Assembly: GCF_009914755.1 (NCBI RefSeq)
Contig: NC_060927.1
Reading direction: 5' to 3' (one strand)
Source of the DNA: the human T2T-CHM13v2.0 reference genome, Homo sapiens
DNA length: 64,000 bases
This document shows, one piece after another, positions 38,986 through 54,419 of this stretch. The notes beneath the pieces are model-generated. The model was not told where the DNA came from, did not search any database, and was given only the letters and a program-made list of their open reading frames with translations. The stretch's first letter is position 1, and each line of letters starts with the position of its first letter. The position numbers and the translations under genes were made by a program.

Positions 38986-39822
38986 CACTAAGTCCTCACT
39001 TAACGTCTTTGATAGGATCTCTGAAACTGAGATTTTCAGCAAAACAACATGTAACAAAACCAGTTTGACCATGGGCTAATTGATATAAACAAGAGTTAAG
39101 TTCCTATGGCATAATTCTGGTCACAAAATCATTCCCAACTTCTAAAGAAAGACCCAAAACACTCTAATAGCAAACACTGAAATAAATGTAGGATACACAT
39201 ATATCTAATAAATATTAATAAAAACAAGTAAGAATTATTTACTAAACTTTTGGTGAATCAGTGAGTGAGTTAAATCAAGGAATAAATATATGCAAAGCAA
39301 ACATTGTCAGAAGCACCTCCTACCACCACTCAGTTCAAACACCAACAGTCACAAATACGGTGGCTTGCTCAGCGCTTTCGTACCAAATTGTTTATTGTTG
39401 TGCATTTGTAGGATTATTGTGGACTTTATGAATTATTATTTTATAATAATTCATGCTCATTCATTTATTCATTTTCCAACTTGCTTACTCCAGGTCAGGG
39501 TCGTGGGTGGCTAGAGCCGGTCCCTGTAGCTCAGGGCACAAGGTGGGAACCCACCCTGGCCAGGACACCATCCTACCTTGGGACACACTCACTCACACAC
39601 CCACACAGACTCAAACTGGGACAACTGAGGGCGCCCATTCACCTGCAGCATATCTTTGGGATGTGGGATGAGACTGGGGTACCCAGAGAAAACCTGCGCA
39701 GACACGGGGAAACGTACAAACTCCATACACACACAGTGGCCCCAACCGGGAATGGATTTTTTTTTCATCAACATTACAACAAAACAGTGTTGAACAAAAT
39801 GACCATATTTAAGGGCCTGCTG
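38986..39822 (-). mobile_element. MER6 (Tigger-family), near full length, containing a V-SINE/Mermaid-like core
   Basis: Termini cactaagtcctcacttaacgtc / aagggcctgctg+TA; core ctttgggatgtggga...cccagagaaaacc...aaactcca. Confidence 0.85.
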
Positions 39823-40724
39823 TACCAATTTCCTGGAAAGCAAGTCATCAATATTTATCAGGACTCTGAAAAATGTTCATGTTTTCTATCATGCTGTAAT
39901 TCCACTTTTAGGACTCTAAATGAAGGAAATAATTGTACGTGAACACAAATATGTAAGTACAGGGTTTGTATACATTAGTTACATACATATATAAGTATGT
40001 ATCATTAACTATAATAGCAAAAAATTAAAAATTAGAGACCAAAAAAGTAAATGCCACTATTATGGGAATGATTACGAGTTGGTTATATAAACAAATTATG
40101 GCAATCTATGTGACAAAAAAAGGAAGTTCTAAAAATCACGTTTACAAAGAATGCTTACTCATAATGCTAAGAAAAAAATGTAGAAAACAAAGTTATAAGA
40201 AGGGAATGACTGCAGCTATATTGAAGAAAAAAGCCTGGAAGGAAATATGGTAAATATGAGTTGTGTCTAAGTGGTAAGATTCTGGGTGATTTTTACTTTA
40301 TGCCATATTTTTAAAATATTTTGTAATGAATCTGAATTACTTTTGTAATCAGAAAAACAGAGAAACATCTTTTCAATCTCAGCACCCCAGAACCCTCCTA
40401 GCTGACTTGCCTAGACATGGCCTATAAACACTCGGGCTCAGCATCTGATCTCGGACCAAGGCGTGTTTTTACGTTTCTATGGCTTTCTCAATGCTGCTGT
40501 CTACTTGACCTGTGACCTTGAACCTCTTATAACCTCAGTTTCCACATCAGCGAAATGGTCACATCAGCAGTTCTCAATCTCCTACCTTCTGTGTCTTCAG
40601 ATCCTAGTTGTTCCCAGTCTCAGTTAATGAAAGACCTCTCCATAATGGCCTAAGGGGCCCTAGCCTGGGTGAGCTCCTGGGACTGCTCTGATATTTTTTT
40701 TTCACACTGAAGTATGTAGATTTT

Positions 40725-40878
40725 TGTTGTTGTTGTTGTTTATATACTTTAAGTTCTATAGTGCATGTGTACAACGTGCAGGTTTGTTACATATGTATAC
40801 ATGTGCTGTGTTGGTTTGCTGCACCCATTAATTCTTCATTTACATTAGGTATTTCTCCTAATGCTATCCCTCCCCCAC
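40725..40878 (-). mobile_element. Short L1PA (PA5-7-like) 3' end with (TTG)n tail
   Basis: tatactttaagttct...caacgtgcaggtttgttacatatgtatacatgtg...atgctatccctcccc. Confidence 0.9.
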
Positions 40879-41451
40879 TCAGCCTCGAAGTTTGGAGTTG
40901 CAAACGGGAATGGCTTCAAGGGGCAGCCAGGCTGCTGGGATATTCCCAGACAGCTCCCAAATGTGTTTGCTTTAAACTACAAGCCAGCTCTTCCCTAGTG
41001 TGAACTTGCTGCTCAGCCGCTCACCCAGGACCCAGAACGCATGTCCTAGACTGGCTTCCATGAGAAAAGCACTCACCCCAAGTGGGTCTGTCAGAGTCCT
41101 AGCAGGAAACAGCCATCTCACTCAAACCAGGATTATTTGGGGGAGTGTTCAATGGAGGGAAATTTTGTCAAGGTATGGGCAAGGCTTATAGAAACCCCAA
41201 GGGATTATGTGACTCCCTAGAGCTATTAACAGCAGGGGCCAAGGAAGGAGCAGCTTCAGGAACCAGGAGACAGAGAAGGCTGTGGAGAAAGGCCGCTCCA
41301 TCACGGCTGAGGTCTTCTGTCGAGAGACCCAACCAGCCCAAGGCAATGCAGCAGTTGGGGGATAGGGAAACTAGTATCCCCAGCCTCACTCTTCTCCCTC
41401 CCAGGCTTAAATGAAAGCTCCTTGTTGGCCAAAGCCAAGTAAAGCCCCCAA

Positions 41452-41804
41452 CTTAGGCAGTTTGGGCAGCTACAGAAGAATACCATAGACTAGGTGCCTT
41501 ATAAACAACAGAAATTTATTTCTCCCAGTCCGGAAGCTGGAAGTCCGAGATCAAGGTGCTGGCAGATCTGGTGTCTAGGAAGGGCCTGCTTCCTGGTTTG
41601 CAGATGGTCACCTTCTTGTTGTATCCCCATGTGATGGAGAGTAGAGAGCAAGATCAAACCCTTGCATCTCTTCTTATAAGGGCACTAATCCCGTTCATGA
41701 AGGCTCCATGCTCATGACCTGATTACTCCCCAAAGTAAAGTGCATTCACATTCAGGGTTAGGATTTCAACCTACGAATATTGGTGGGACACATTCAGGGT
41801 ATTG
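41452..41804 (-). mobile_element. MLT1A0 LTR nested in an older LTR-like element (~41085-41900)
   Basis: ataccatagactaggtgccttataaacaacagaaatttatttctc...cttataagggcactaatccc. Confidence 0.8.
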
Positions 41805-44345
41805 TGCTCCCCATTGGCCAAACCCTCAAAAAAGCCAGAGTGCAAGGAGGTCCATGCAGGACAGCCTCCCACGGCCCAGTCTAGAGTGGAGAGGGGTCCG
41901 GAGAGGATCCAGAGAAGCAAAAAGAAAAGATTCATCCACCAAGCATTTGAGGATTTCTCAACAGTTTCCCCTGACAACGTGGGCAGGTCCATGTCACCCT
42001 GCACCCAAGATCTCCCTTGAAAGTTCTCCACCCGGCACATGGGCATGGGCATTCCCCAGGCCCTTCTCTGCAGTGCTGGCTTTCTCTCTCTCTCCTGCCA
42101 CTCCTTCACACAGTGGTCAGTTTGCCCAATCCAATCACTCCCTTCCCGATGTCAAACTTATCTCTCCTTAATTATGCAGAGTAATTTAGAGAGCATCCTG
42201 CCCCCTGTGCCAGAGGATCACCACAGTGTCTCTTCCCGGCCATACAGTGCTCTCCCGAGAGGCAATCTAGCACGTAGCTTTCTCATCTCATCTCACATTT
42301 TTGGCATTCACATTGCACGACTCAAACTGATTATTAGCTGCCAAACCTTGTTTGAGGAGTGTTGCAAAAATAATTTTCCCTAATTGATCTGGATAAACAT
42401 GTGTCTGTCAATATAAATCCCATCTCTTCATGGATGGTTTGCTGCATCTGCAGCTATCTGCTTCAGGGCAAAACTAAAGAGGATTTTCTGCAGCTGTAAG
42501 GGGCAGCCGCTGAGTGGATCCTTCTTTGAGAAAACTTTCTCTGAGCCAAGCTGGAGGAATGAGAAGAATAACCAGATGCTTCGAGCCAGGAAGATTGTCA
42601 TGTTTGTAAAATCAGATTGGATTTGTTCCCCTGCAAGAATTTGGACTCCCTGTGCCCACCAATGACCACAGAGCCAACGCCACCTGCCCATTGCTGCCCA
42701 ATGGGCAGACCACACTGGCTTCTGCAGCCCGGGCTGTCCTCATTCACTCTCTTTTTCTCAGGGGAGAGTCTGCACTCTGTACCACCTGGAGAGAGTATGT
42801 CCCTTAGAAATAACAGGCATCTTGTCTTCCTCAACAGCCTCCCTGACTGTGAGGCAGGGCGATCAGCAGTGGCTGCTGGGGGCACCAGGAAGGAAGGAAA
42901 GTTGGGAGCCTGAGTGTCCTGCCCAGTTTCAGAAAGAACTCAGTCCAGTCTAGACAGAGAATCTCCATTCCAGCCCTTGCATCCTCAGAGGAAACCCTCC
43001 AGCCTGGTTTCTTATCAGGTTCACATGTGACATTAAACAGGTCCAAGCTTGCAGTCTTACAAGGAAAGTGGTTGGCTGGGGACACCCGGTGTCCAGTGTG
43101 TGCATAAACACTGCCCTGGGTGTTGGTGGTTTTGCTGCCAGGATTCCCCTCCGCTTCTGGAAATGGCACCTGAATTTTCCTGCGGGAAGCGGGGTTTGCC
43201 CTCTCCTCAACCAGGATGGGTTTTGATGGGGCAGTTCCCATCCCCTGGACCTGGGCCTGGATAATCAGCTTATTTCAGCACAGGGCCATAGAGACTGGTG
43301 TTAGGCTGGCTCAAGCCAGGGTGTTTGGCCCAAGGAGTCTCAGTCCTGGGGCCTTTTGTAGAGCAACCAGGAAAGTCATGAGCTCTTGGCTGCAGGAATG
43401 CTGAGAAAGTCATAGCCAGCCTGAAACTAAGGGTGTACCTCTTGCCATTAGCAGGATAGGGAAACGTAGGAGACAGGTAGAAAGAAACATGTTCAACAAC
43501 ATTGCCTGAACCTCTGGGAACACCCCAGCCCAGAGCCAGAACTACACCAGACTTGTCGGTTCTGTGTGCCAGTAAACTGCTTCACCCAGCGTGGGTTGGG
43601 TTTCCGTTACTTTCGACCAAGTGTCCTAATGCCCACGTGTACATCTATGTTTTCCTTCTGCTGTTTCACTATTTGTTGGTGGGGTCAGTGACATCTATCT
43701 GTCCTCTGTACCCCTACACACCTCCCTCTGTCTGCCTCTGAATGGTCCCGCCCGTCTAGAGCCAGCTGTGTGTTGGGAGGCGAGATCTCAGGCTCAGCCA
43801 TACCATGTACAGGTGACTGCCTGCTGGCAGGTCTGACATGAGAGTGTGGAAGTGGGGCTCAGAGGCTGCAGGGTCCAGTGCTGGGAGACGCACTCAGAAG
43901 GTTCACACCGAGACTGTGCAGTGAAAGGGAGGCAGCGATGGGTTCTAAGGCATGGCAAGTTCACCAGGAGGCACCGATTACAAGACGGGGTGGAGGCCAC
44001 AGTGAGAGGCTGGCCCTTATGCACAGTTGGGACTGCCAGGGTGGCCAGGGAGGTGAAGACGGAGAAGGACGAAGCCTGCTCTGTGGAGGCACTGGGTGCT
44101 TCTTGGCATACCCCAAGCCTCCTCTGGATTTAAAGGGACTCTTTCTTTGATTCCATACTGGAGAACCAGAAGACAGAAGACCCTGGTCCGGCCCAACCTG
44201 CTGCATGGCTTTGGGCAGGATGCTCAACCTCTTTGAACCTCAGGTTTCTCATCTTTGAAATGGGTTTCAAAAGAGACGGGCCTCAAAGGACTCCTAAAAG
44301 TACGAAACTGAAACGATAGGTGGAATAGAATTGTGTAAACAGGCA

Positions 44346-44692
44346 GTGTCTCAGTCTGTCTGGGCTTTGATATTGAAGTACTATAGACTGGGTGGCTCAT
44401 AAACCACAGAAATTCATTTCTCACCGTTCTGAAGGCTGGAAGTCCGAGATCAGAGTGCCAGCATGGTTGAGTTCTGGTGAGGACCCTCTTCCAGGTTGCA
44501 GATGGCTGACTTCTCCTGTATCCTCTCCTGGTGGAAAGAGCTAGCTCTCTGGCCTCTTCTTAGGAAAGTTGTTACTAATCCCATTCATAAGAGCTCCACT
44601 CTAGTGACTTAATCACCTCCGACAGGCCCCACGTCCTAATGCCATCACCTTGGAGACATGACTGCTGGGAGGACACTTTCAGACCCTAGCAG
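44346..44692 (-). mobile_element. MLT1A-like LTR
   Basis: tatagactgggtggctcataaaccacagaaattcatttctcaccgttctgaaggctggaagtccgagatc. Confidence 0.8.
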
Positions 44693-45135
44693 GCAGTTAG
44701 TAGCTGGTGTGGTTTAATAGGCTGTGTTCCTCCATAAGAGAAAGATGGTTCAAAAAAGGCTTTAATGCCTTATCCTTTAGTAAGAATTCACGGTTGTTAG
44801 GAGAAAGGATGTAGGATTTTCAGACCAAACGTTTTGAATTTCAATTACGCCTTTCATACTTCCTCTTTTGGAAACGTGGAACAAGACATTTTGCTTTTTT
44901 TATATCCATCTGTTTCAACATTTTTCAAATGAGAAAAGGAATCCCAGCTTTCCTCCACATCTGGGGTGGGGATTAAATGAGGGAGAAAGAACTTTGTAAT
45001 AACAACAAAAATATAAAGTACCCCTTAATGAGCACTTACTTTGTGCGAGGAATTATTTCATTTATGCATCTAAGTCCCACAATGACTCCACACTGTAAAA
45101 GTAACAGTAATAATGACAATATGTGACATTGGACT

Positions 45136-45288
45136 TAGCCGGGCCTGGTGGCACACACCTGTCATCCCAGCTACTTGGGAGGCTGAGGCAGGAGGATTGC
45201 TTGAGTCCAGGAGTTTGAGGCTACAGTGAGCCCTGTCGTGCCATTGCACTACAGCCTGGACAAAAGTGAAATCCTATCTCAAAAAAAT
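45136..45288 (+). mobile_element. Alu right monomer (FRAM/AluJ fragment)
   Basis: ttagccgggcctggtggcacacacctgt...tctcaaaaaaa. Confidence 0.85.
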
Positions 45289-45326
45289 GAATTAGTAGTA
45301 ATAATAATTATTGAGTATTTAGTATG

Positions 45327-45684
45327 TGATATGGTTTTTGGCTGTGTCCCCACCCAAATCTCACCTTGAATAGTAATAGTCCCTACATGTCAAGGGTGGG
45401 GTCAGATGGAGATAATTGAAACATGAGGGCAGCTTCCCCACACTCTTTTTCGTGGTAGTGAATAAGTCTCACGAGATCTGATGGTTTTATAAATGGGAGT
45501 TCCCCTAACACATGCCCTCTTACCTGCTGCCATGTAAGACATGTCTTGCTTCCCCTTTGCTTTCTGCCATGATTGTGAGGCCTCCCCAGCCATGTGGAAC
45601 TGTGAGTTAATTAAACCTCTTTCCTTTATAAATTACGCAGTCTCGGGTATGTCTTTACTAGCCGAGTGAGAACAGATTAATACA
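45327..45684 (+). mobile_element. THE1D/MSTA-like solo LTR
   Basis: tgatatgg...ttaataca with 5-bp TSD GTATG (45322, 45685). Confidence 0.93.
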
Positions 45685-46122
45685 GTATGTGCCGGGCTGT
45701 GTTCTAAGAGCCTTCCGTTAATTACGTATCTCTAGTCCTCACAACAGGTCTGGGAGGAGTAGGTACTCTTAATACGATCATTTTGCAGATGAGCAGACTA
45801 AGTTCGCAGAGATTGATGAGATGGTCTCAGGGCTAGGGTGGGGCTTAGCTAAGATTTATTCAAAGGCAAAAGTTGTTTTACAATTAATCATATACATGTT
45901 GTGTGTGTGTATGTACTACATACACCATATCTTGCATAATATGCATTGTAAGTAATTCTAGTCGCACAATGACTGGTAGAGGGGAGGCTCACCCAGGGCT
46001 CTACTGGTCACCTTGCCCTGAGCAATGATCACATGCAGGAAGCTGTGGATAGGACCCTTACTTGCCTTCCAAACTGAAGATGTTTCTACTCTCAGGTGTG
46101 GCTAAAGAGGTTACCTGGGACC

Positions 46123-46332
46123 AGTATGAGGAAACTGCCCCCTTGATTCCATTATCTCCACCTGGCCCCACACTTGACACATGGGGATTATTATAATTCA
46201 AGGTGAGATTTGGGTGGGGACAGAGCCAAACCATATCACATACCAAGTACTCAGTAATTGTTATTACTATTAATTCTTTTTTTTTTTGAGATAAGGTTTC
46301 ACTCTGTTGTCCAGGCGGAAGTGCAATGGCAC
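46123..46332 (-). repeat. Inverted copy of 45238-45444 (Alu tail + MIR-like spacer + LTR 5' part)
   Basis: Reverse complement reproduces the same three-element junction, roughly 85% identical by manual alignment. Confidence 0.88.
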
Positions 46333-46979
46333 AATTACCAATTACTTGCAAAGAGGCCAAGCTGGCCTCGGCAACAAAGCAACCTGGGCCCACAACTCCT
46401 ACTGAAGAAGAACAACCCACTTTCACCCAGCAGCTGCTGTGCTGGGACCTCCCAGCTGCAGCCCCAGGCGGCCAAGCTGCTCTCCTTACCCAGCCTCCTC
46501 TGACAGTTCCTGATGGAGAAAAGGGGAGCCTGCTGTTGCTGTCAGCTGGTCTGCACATTTGTGCCCTGGGCACCGCTGAGGATAACACACTCACCAGCAC
46601 ACCATGTTGACCGGCACGTTGCATTTCCACCCAGAATTTAAAACCAGGCAGTGGCCTGGCTCTGCACTTCCCGGCTCTGTGACTTTGGGCAAGCGATTGA
46701 AACCCTCTGGACTTCCGTCTCCTCATCTGTAAAACGGGGATAAAAACAGCCCCTCCTTTATAAGCTTGTTGTGAAGACTTAGGGTCTGACCCTTGAAAAA
46801 TGGTTAGAATAGTGCCTGTAACTTGGGAAAAGCTTAATAAATGTTTGCCATTGTTAGTACCTGAAGGGATCCCTTAAAAAAGCAAGGAAGTGGGGGAGCA
46901 GCCAAGATGGCCGAATAGGAACAGCTCCGGTCTACAGCTCCCAGCGTGAGCGACGCAGAAGACGGGTGATTTCTGCATT

Positions 46980-47450
46980 TCCATCTGAGGTACCGGGTTC
47001 ATCTCACTAGGGAGTGCCAGACAGTGGGCGCAGGTCAGTGGGTGCGCGCACCGTGCGCGAGCCAAAGCAGGGCGAGGCATTGCCTCACTCGGGAAGCACA
47101 AGGGGTCAGGGAGTTCCCTTTCCTAGTCAAAGAAAGGGGTGACGGATGGCACCTGGAAAATCGGGTCACTCCCACCCTAATACTGCGCTTTTCCGACGGG
47201 CTTAAAAAACGGTGCACCACCCACCTGGCTTGGAGGGTCCTACGCCCATGGAGTCTCGCTGATTGCTAGCACAGCAGTCTGAGATCAAACTGCAAGGCGG
47301 CAGCGAGGCTGGGGGAGGGGCGCCCGCCATTGCCCAGGCTTGATTAGGTAAACAAAGCAGCCGGGAAGCTCCAACTGGGTGGAGCCCACCACAGCTCAAG
47401 GAGGCCTGCCTGCCTCTGTAGGCTCCACCTCTGGGAGCAGGGCACAGACA
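46980..47450 (-). promoter_or_regulatory. L1 antisense promoter / ORF0 region
   Basis: ORF0 ATG at 47330 (MAGAPPPASLPPCSLISDCCASNQRD...). Antisense gt donors retained at 47224, 47152 and 46993. CpG-rich. Confidence 0.75.
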
Positions 47451-47777
47451 AACAAAAAGACAGCAGTAACCTCTGCAGACTTAAATGTCCCTGTCTGACA
47501 GCTTTGAAGAGAGCAGTGGTTCTCCCAGCACGCAGCTAGAGATCTGAGAACGGGCAGACTGCCTCCTCAAGTGACCCCTGACCCCCGAGCAGCCTAACTG
47601 GGAGGCACCTGCCAACAGGGGCACACTGACACCTCACACGGCAGGGTACTCCAACAGACCTGCAGCTGAGGGTCCTGTCTGTTAGAAGGAAAACTAACAA
47701 CCAGAAAGGACATCCACACCAAAAACCCATCTGTACATCACCATCATCAAAGACCAAAAGTAGATAAAACCACAAAG

Positions 47778-48786
47778 ATGGGGAAAAAACAGAACAGAAG
47801 AACTGGAAACTCTAAAAAGCAGAGTGCCTCTCCTCCTCCAAAGGAACGCAGTTCCTCACCAGCAACGGAACAAAGCTGGAGGGGGAATGACTTTGACGAG
47901 CTGAGAGAAGAAGGCTTCAGATGATCAAATTACTCTGAGCTACGGGAGGACATTCAAACCAAAGGCAAAGAAGTTGAAAACTTTGAAAAAAATTTAGAAG
48001 AATGTATAACTAGAATAACCAATAAGGAGAAGTGCTTAAAGGAGCTGATGGAGCTGAAAACCAACGCTCGAGAACTACCTGAAGAATGCAGAAGCCTCAG
48101 GAGCCGATGCAATCAACTGGAAGAAAGGGTATCAGCAATGGAAGATGAAATGAATGAAATGAAGTGAGAAGGGAAGTTTAGAGAAAAAAGAATAAAAAGA
48201 AATAAGCAAAGCCTCCAAGAAATATGGGACTATGTGAAAAGACCAAATCTACGTCTCATTGGTGTACCTGAAAGTGACGGGGAGAATGGAACTAAGTTGG
48301 AAAACACTCTGCAGGATATCATCCAGAACTTCCCCAATCTAGCAAGGCAGGCCAATGTTCAGATTCAGGAAATACAGAGAATGCCACAAAGATACTCCTC
48401 GAGAAGAGCAACTCCAAGACACATAATTGTCAGATTCACCAAAGTTGAAATGAAGGAAAAAATGTTAAGGGCAGCCAGAGAGAAAGGTCGGATTAACCTC
48501 AAAGGGAAGCCCATCAGACTAACAGCGGATCTCTTGGCAGAAACCCTACAGGCCAGAAGAGAGTGGGGGCCAATATTCAACGTTCTTAAAGAAAAGAATT
48601 TTCAACCCAGAATTTCATATCCAGCCAAACTAAGCTTCATAAGTGAAGGAGAAATAAAATACAGACAAGCAAATGCTGAGAGATTTTGTCACCACCAGGC
48701 CTGCCCTAAAAGAGCTCCTGAAGGAAGTGCTAAACATGGAAAGGAACAACCAGTACCAGCCACTGCAAAATCATGCCAAAATGTAA
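47778..48786 (+). pseudogene. L1 ORF1p, disrupted
   Basis: ATG GGG AAA AAA CAG start. In-frame TGA at 47922 and 48165 (CGA>TGA CpG decay), frameshifting deletion near 48660. Confidence 0.93.
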
Positions 48787-48834
48787 AGACTATCGAGACT
48801 AGGAAGAAACTGCATCAACTAACGAGCAAAATAA

Positions 48835-52685
<3,851 letters not shown>

Positions 52686-53094
52686 ACAATGAGAACACAT
52701 AGACACAGGAAGGGGAACATCACACTCTGAGGACTGTTGTGGGGTGGGGGGAGGGGGGAGGGATAGCACTGGGAGATATACCTAATGCTAGATGACGAGT
52801 TAGTGGGTGCAGCACACCAGCATGGCACATGTATACATATGTAACTAACCTGCACATTGTGCACATGTACCCTAAAACTTAAAGTATAATAATAAAAAAA
52901 AAGAAAAATTAAAATTCCACCAGTAAAAAAAAAAAAAAAAAGAACACACATTTGGACTTAAGAAAAGTAAGATGATCCGAAGTCATTTCAAACAAGACAT
53001 ATAGGAAAAAACAAAAAACACAGGTGAGCACTAAATAAAAATAAGCATTACATTAAGTACTACCTGATAGGACTTTTGTGCATAACCGAGATTC

Positions 53095-53146
53095 TGCAGG
53101 AAGGTCAGTGGGTTACGTGCAGGAAGGTCAGTGGGTTACGTGCAGG
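53095..53146. repeat. 23-bp tandem repeat x2.3 (tgcaggaaggtcagtgggttacg)
   Basis: Perfect copies at 53095-53117 and 53118-53140, then tgcagg. Confidence 0.95.
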
Positions 53147-53235
53147 TCGGGTGAGCTGCAGAACGGCATTGCTGGATGCCTGAGCTTCCTGACTCTGTGC
53201 ACTTAGTGCAATGGTGTTGCTTCCAATCATTGTAA

Positions 53236-53316
53236 CAACCAAAAGCTGTCCCCCCAGCTTGTCAACCAAAAGCTGTCCCCCCAGCTTGTCAACCAAAAGC
53301 TGTCCCCTCAGCTTGT
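53236..53316. repeat. 27-bp tandem repeat x3 (caaccaaaagctgtccccccagcttgt)
   Basis: Units at 53236, 53263 and 53290; one C>T in the third. Confidence 0.95.
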
Positions 53317-54419
53317 ATCATGCGCCTGACAGGCAGAAGCCTCCCCTTTGAGGGCCACACAGGTAGGCCATGGGGGTAGGAGGGCATGGCCTCCCTTGTT
53401 AAACCAGAGCAGGGGCCTCCCAGACTTCAGCGTGATGGAGGAAGATGAAGTGAGGTCTTCCTTGCGGAATGCTTCCTCTTTCCCCTGCCACCACCAGGTT
53501 CTGTCCCTGGGACCAGCTGCTGCCCATGCCCCAGTGCACCCTGACCCAAGGGGACACCTCGTCCTGCCCTTGGCCTCCCTGACATACTGAGCTATGGAGT
53601 GAGCGGGAGCTGAAATCTGAGCCTGGAAGGTTTGCTGGGCCCTGGCTTCTCCAAGCCTCCAGGTGTTTCTCCCTTTGCTTCTCTGTCCTGTTCCCCTTGG
53701 GCTTCTGTGTGGTCCCAAGGGAGTTAGAACCCCCCTAACCCCTGCTGTTCCTGCATGAGGCTAGCCACCACACTGTTAGCCAGGACCCACCCGTGTGTGG
53801 GGTTCACGTGGTTCAGCCAAACTTGGGAAACAGCCACATGCAAACAGGACGCAGGAAAATCAGGGTTCGGCAGTAGCAGGTGAGGATGAGAGTGCTCATT
53901 TCCATATCATTTATCAGTGATGCCCTGGGGGATGGCCTCAGTCTCCCCAGCCTCCCTCAACTAGGCCTGTTAAGTCCACATCCCAGTGAGGGGATTTGGG
54001 GATCAAGAGAGTGCACCAATGGCCCTCTGAGGGGCTGCTTCCTGAGGCCACTCCTTGCTGTAGCAATCCCCTTCTGGGTGTGGGGCAGGCATCATGAGAT
54101 GACGGAAGGTCTATGGTTACCCACAACCAGATGCACAGAGACCTGCCTAGCCCAGCACCACCTCTCCAAAGCTGACTCGGCAAAAGGACTGCAGAGCATC
54201 CCCTCCAGCACCACCCCCCACCCAGCCTTATACCACCAGGTGGGAGCTCCTGCCTGTGATGGGTGCACAGAGCATCAAGTTCACATCTTATTCAGTGGGC
54301 AGGCTCTAAGGTCAGCCCGTGATGTAAAAAACTGTAACTATTCGAAAACACTCTCTAAATTCCTTACATAGACACCACACTAGAGATTGGCATGCAGACC
54401 CTTGGTCCATCCAACACAG

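Noticed and set aside
46058-46726. 222-aa minus-strand ORF
   Set aside because: Runs through MIR, Alu and LTR fragments and has no recognisable domain.
52958-52975. ttaagaaaagtaagatga as the 3' TSD of the L1
   Set aside because: Weak A-rich similarity only, not adjacent to the polyA, and too diverged for such a young element.
53236-53316. Palindromic 27-bp repeats resembling a CRISPR array
   Set aside because: Units are contiguous with no spacers, there are no cas genes, and the context is mammalian.
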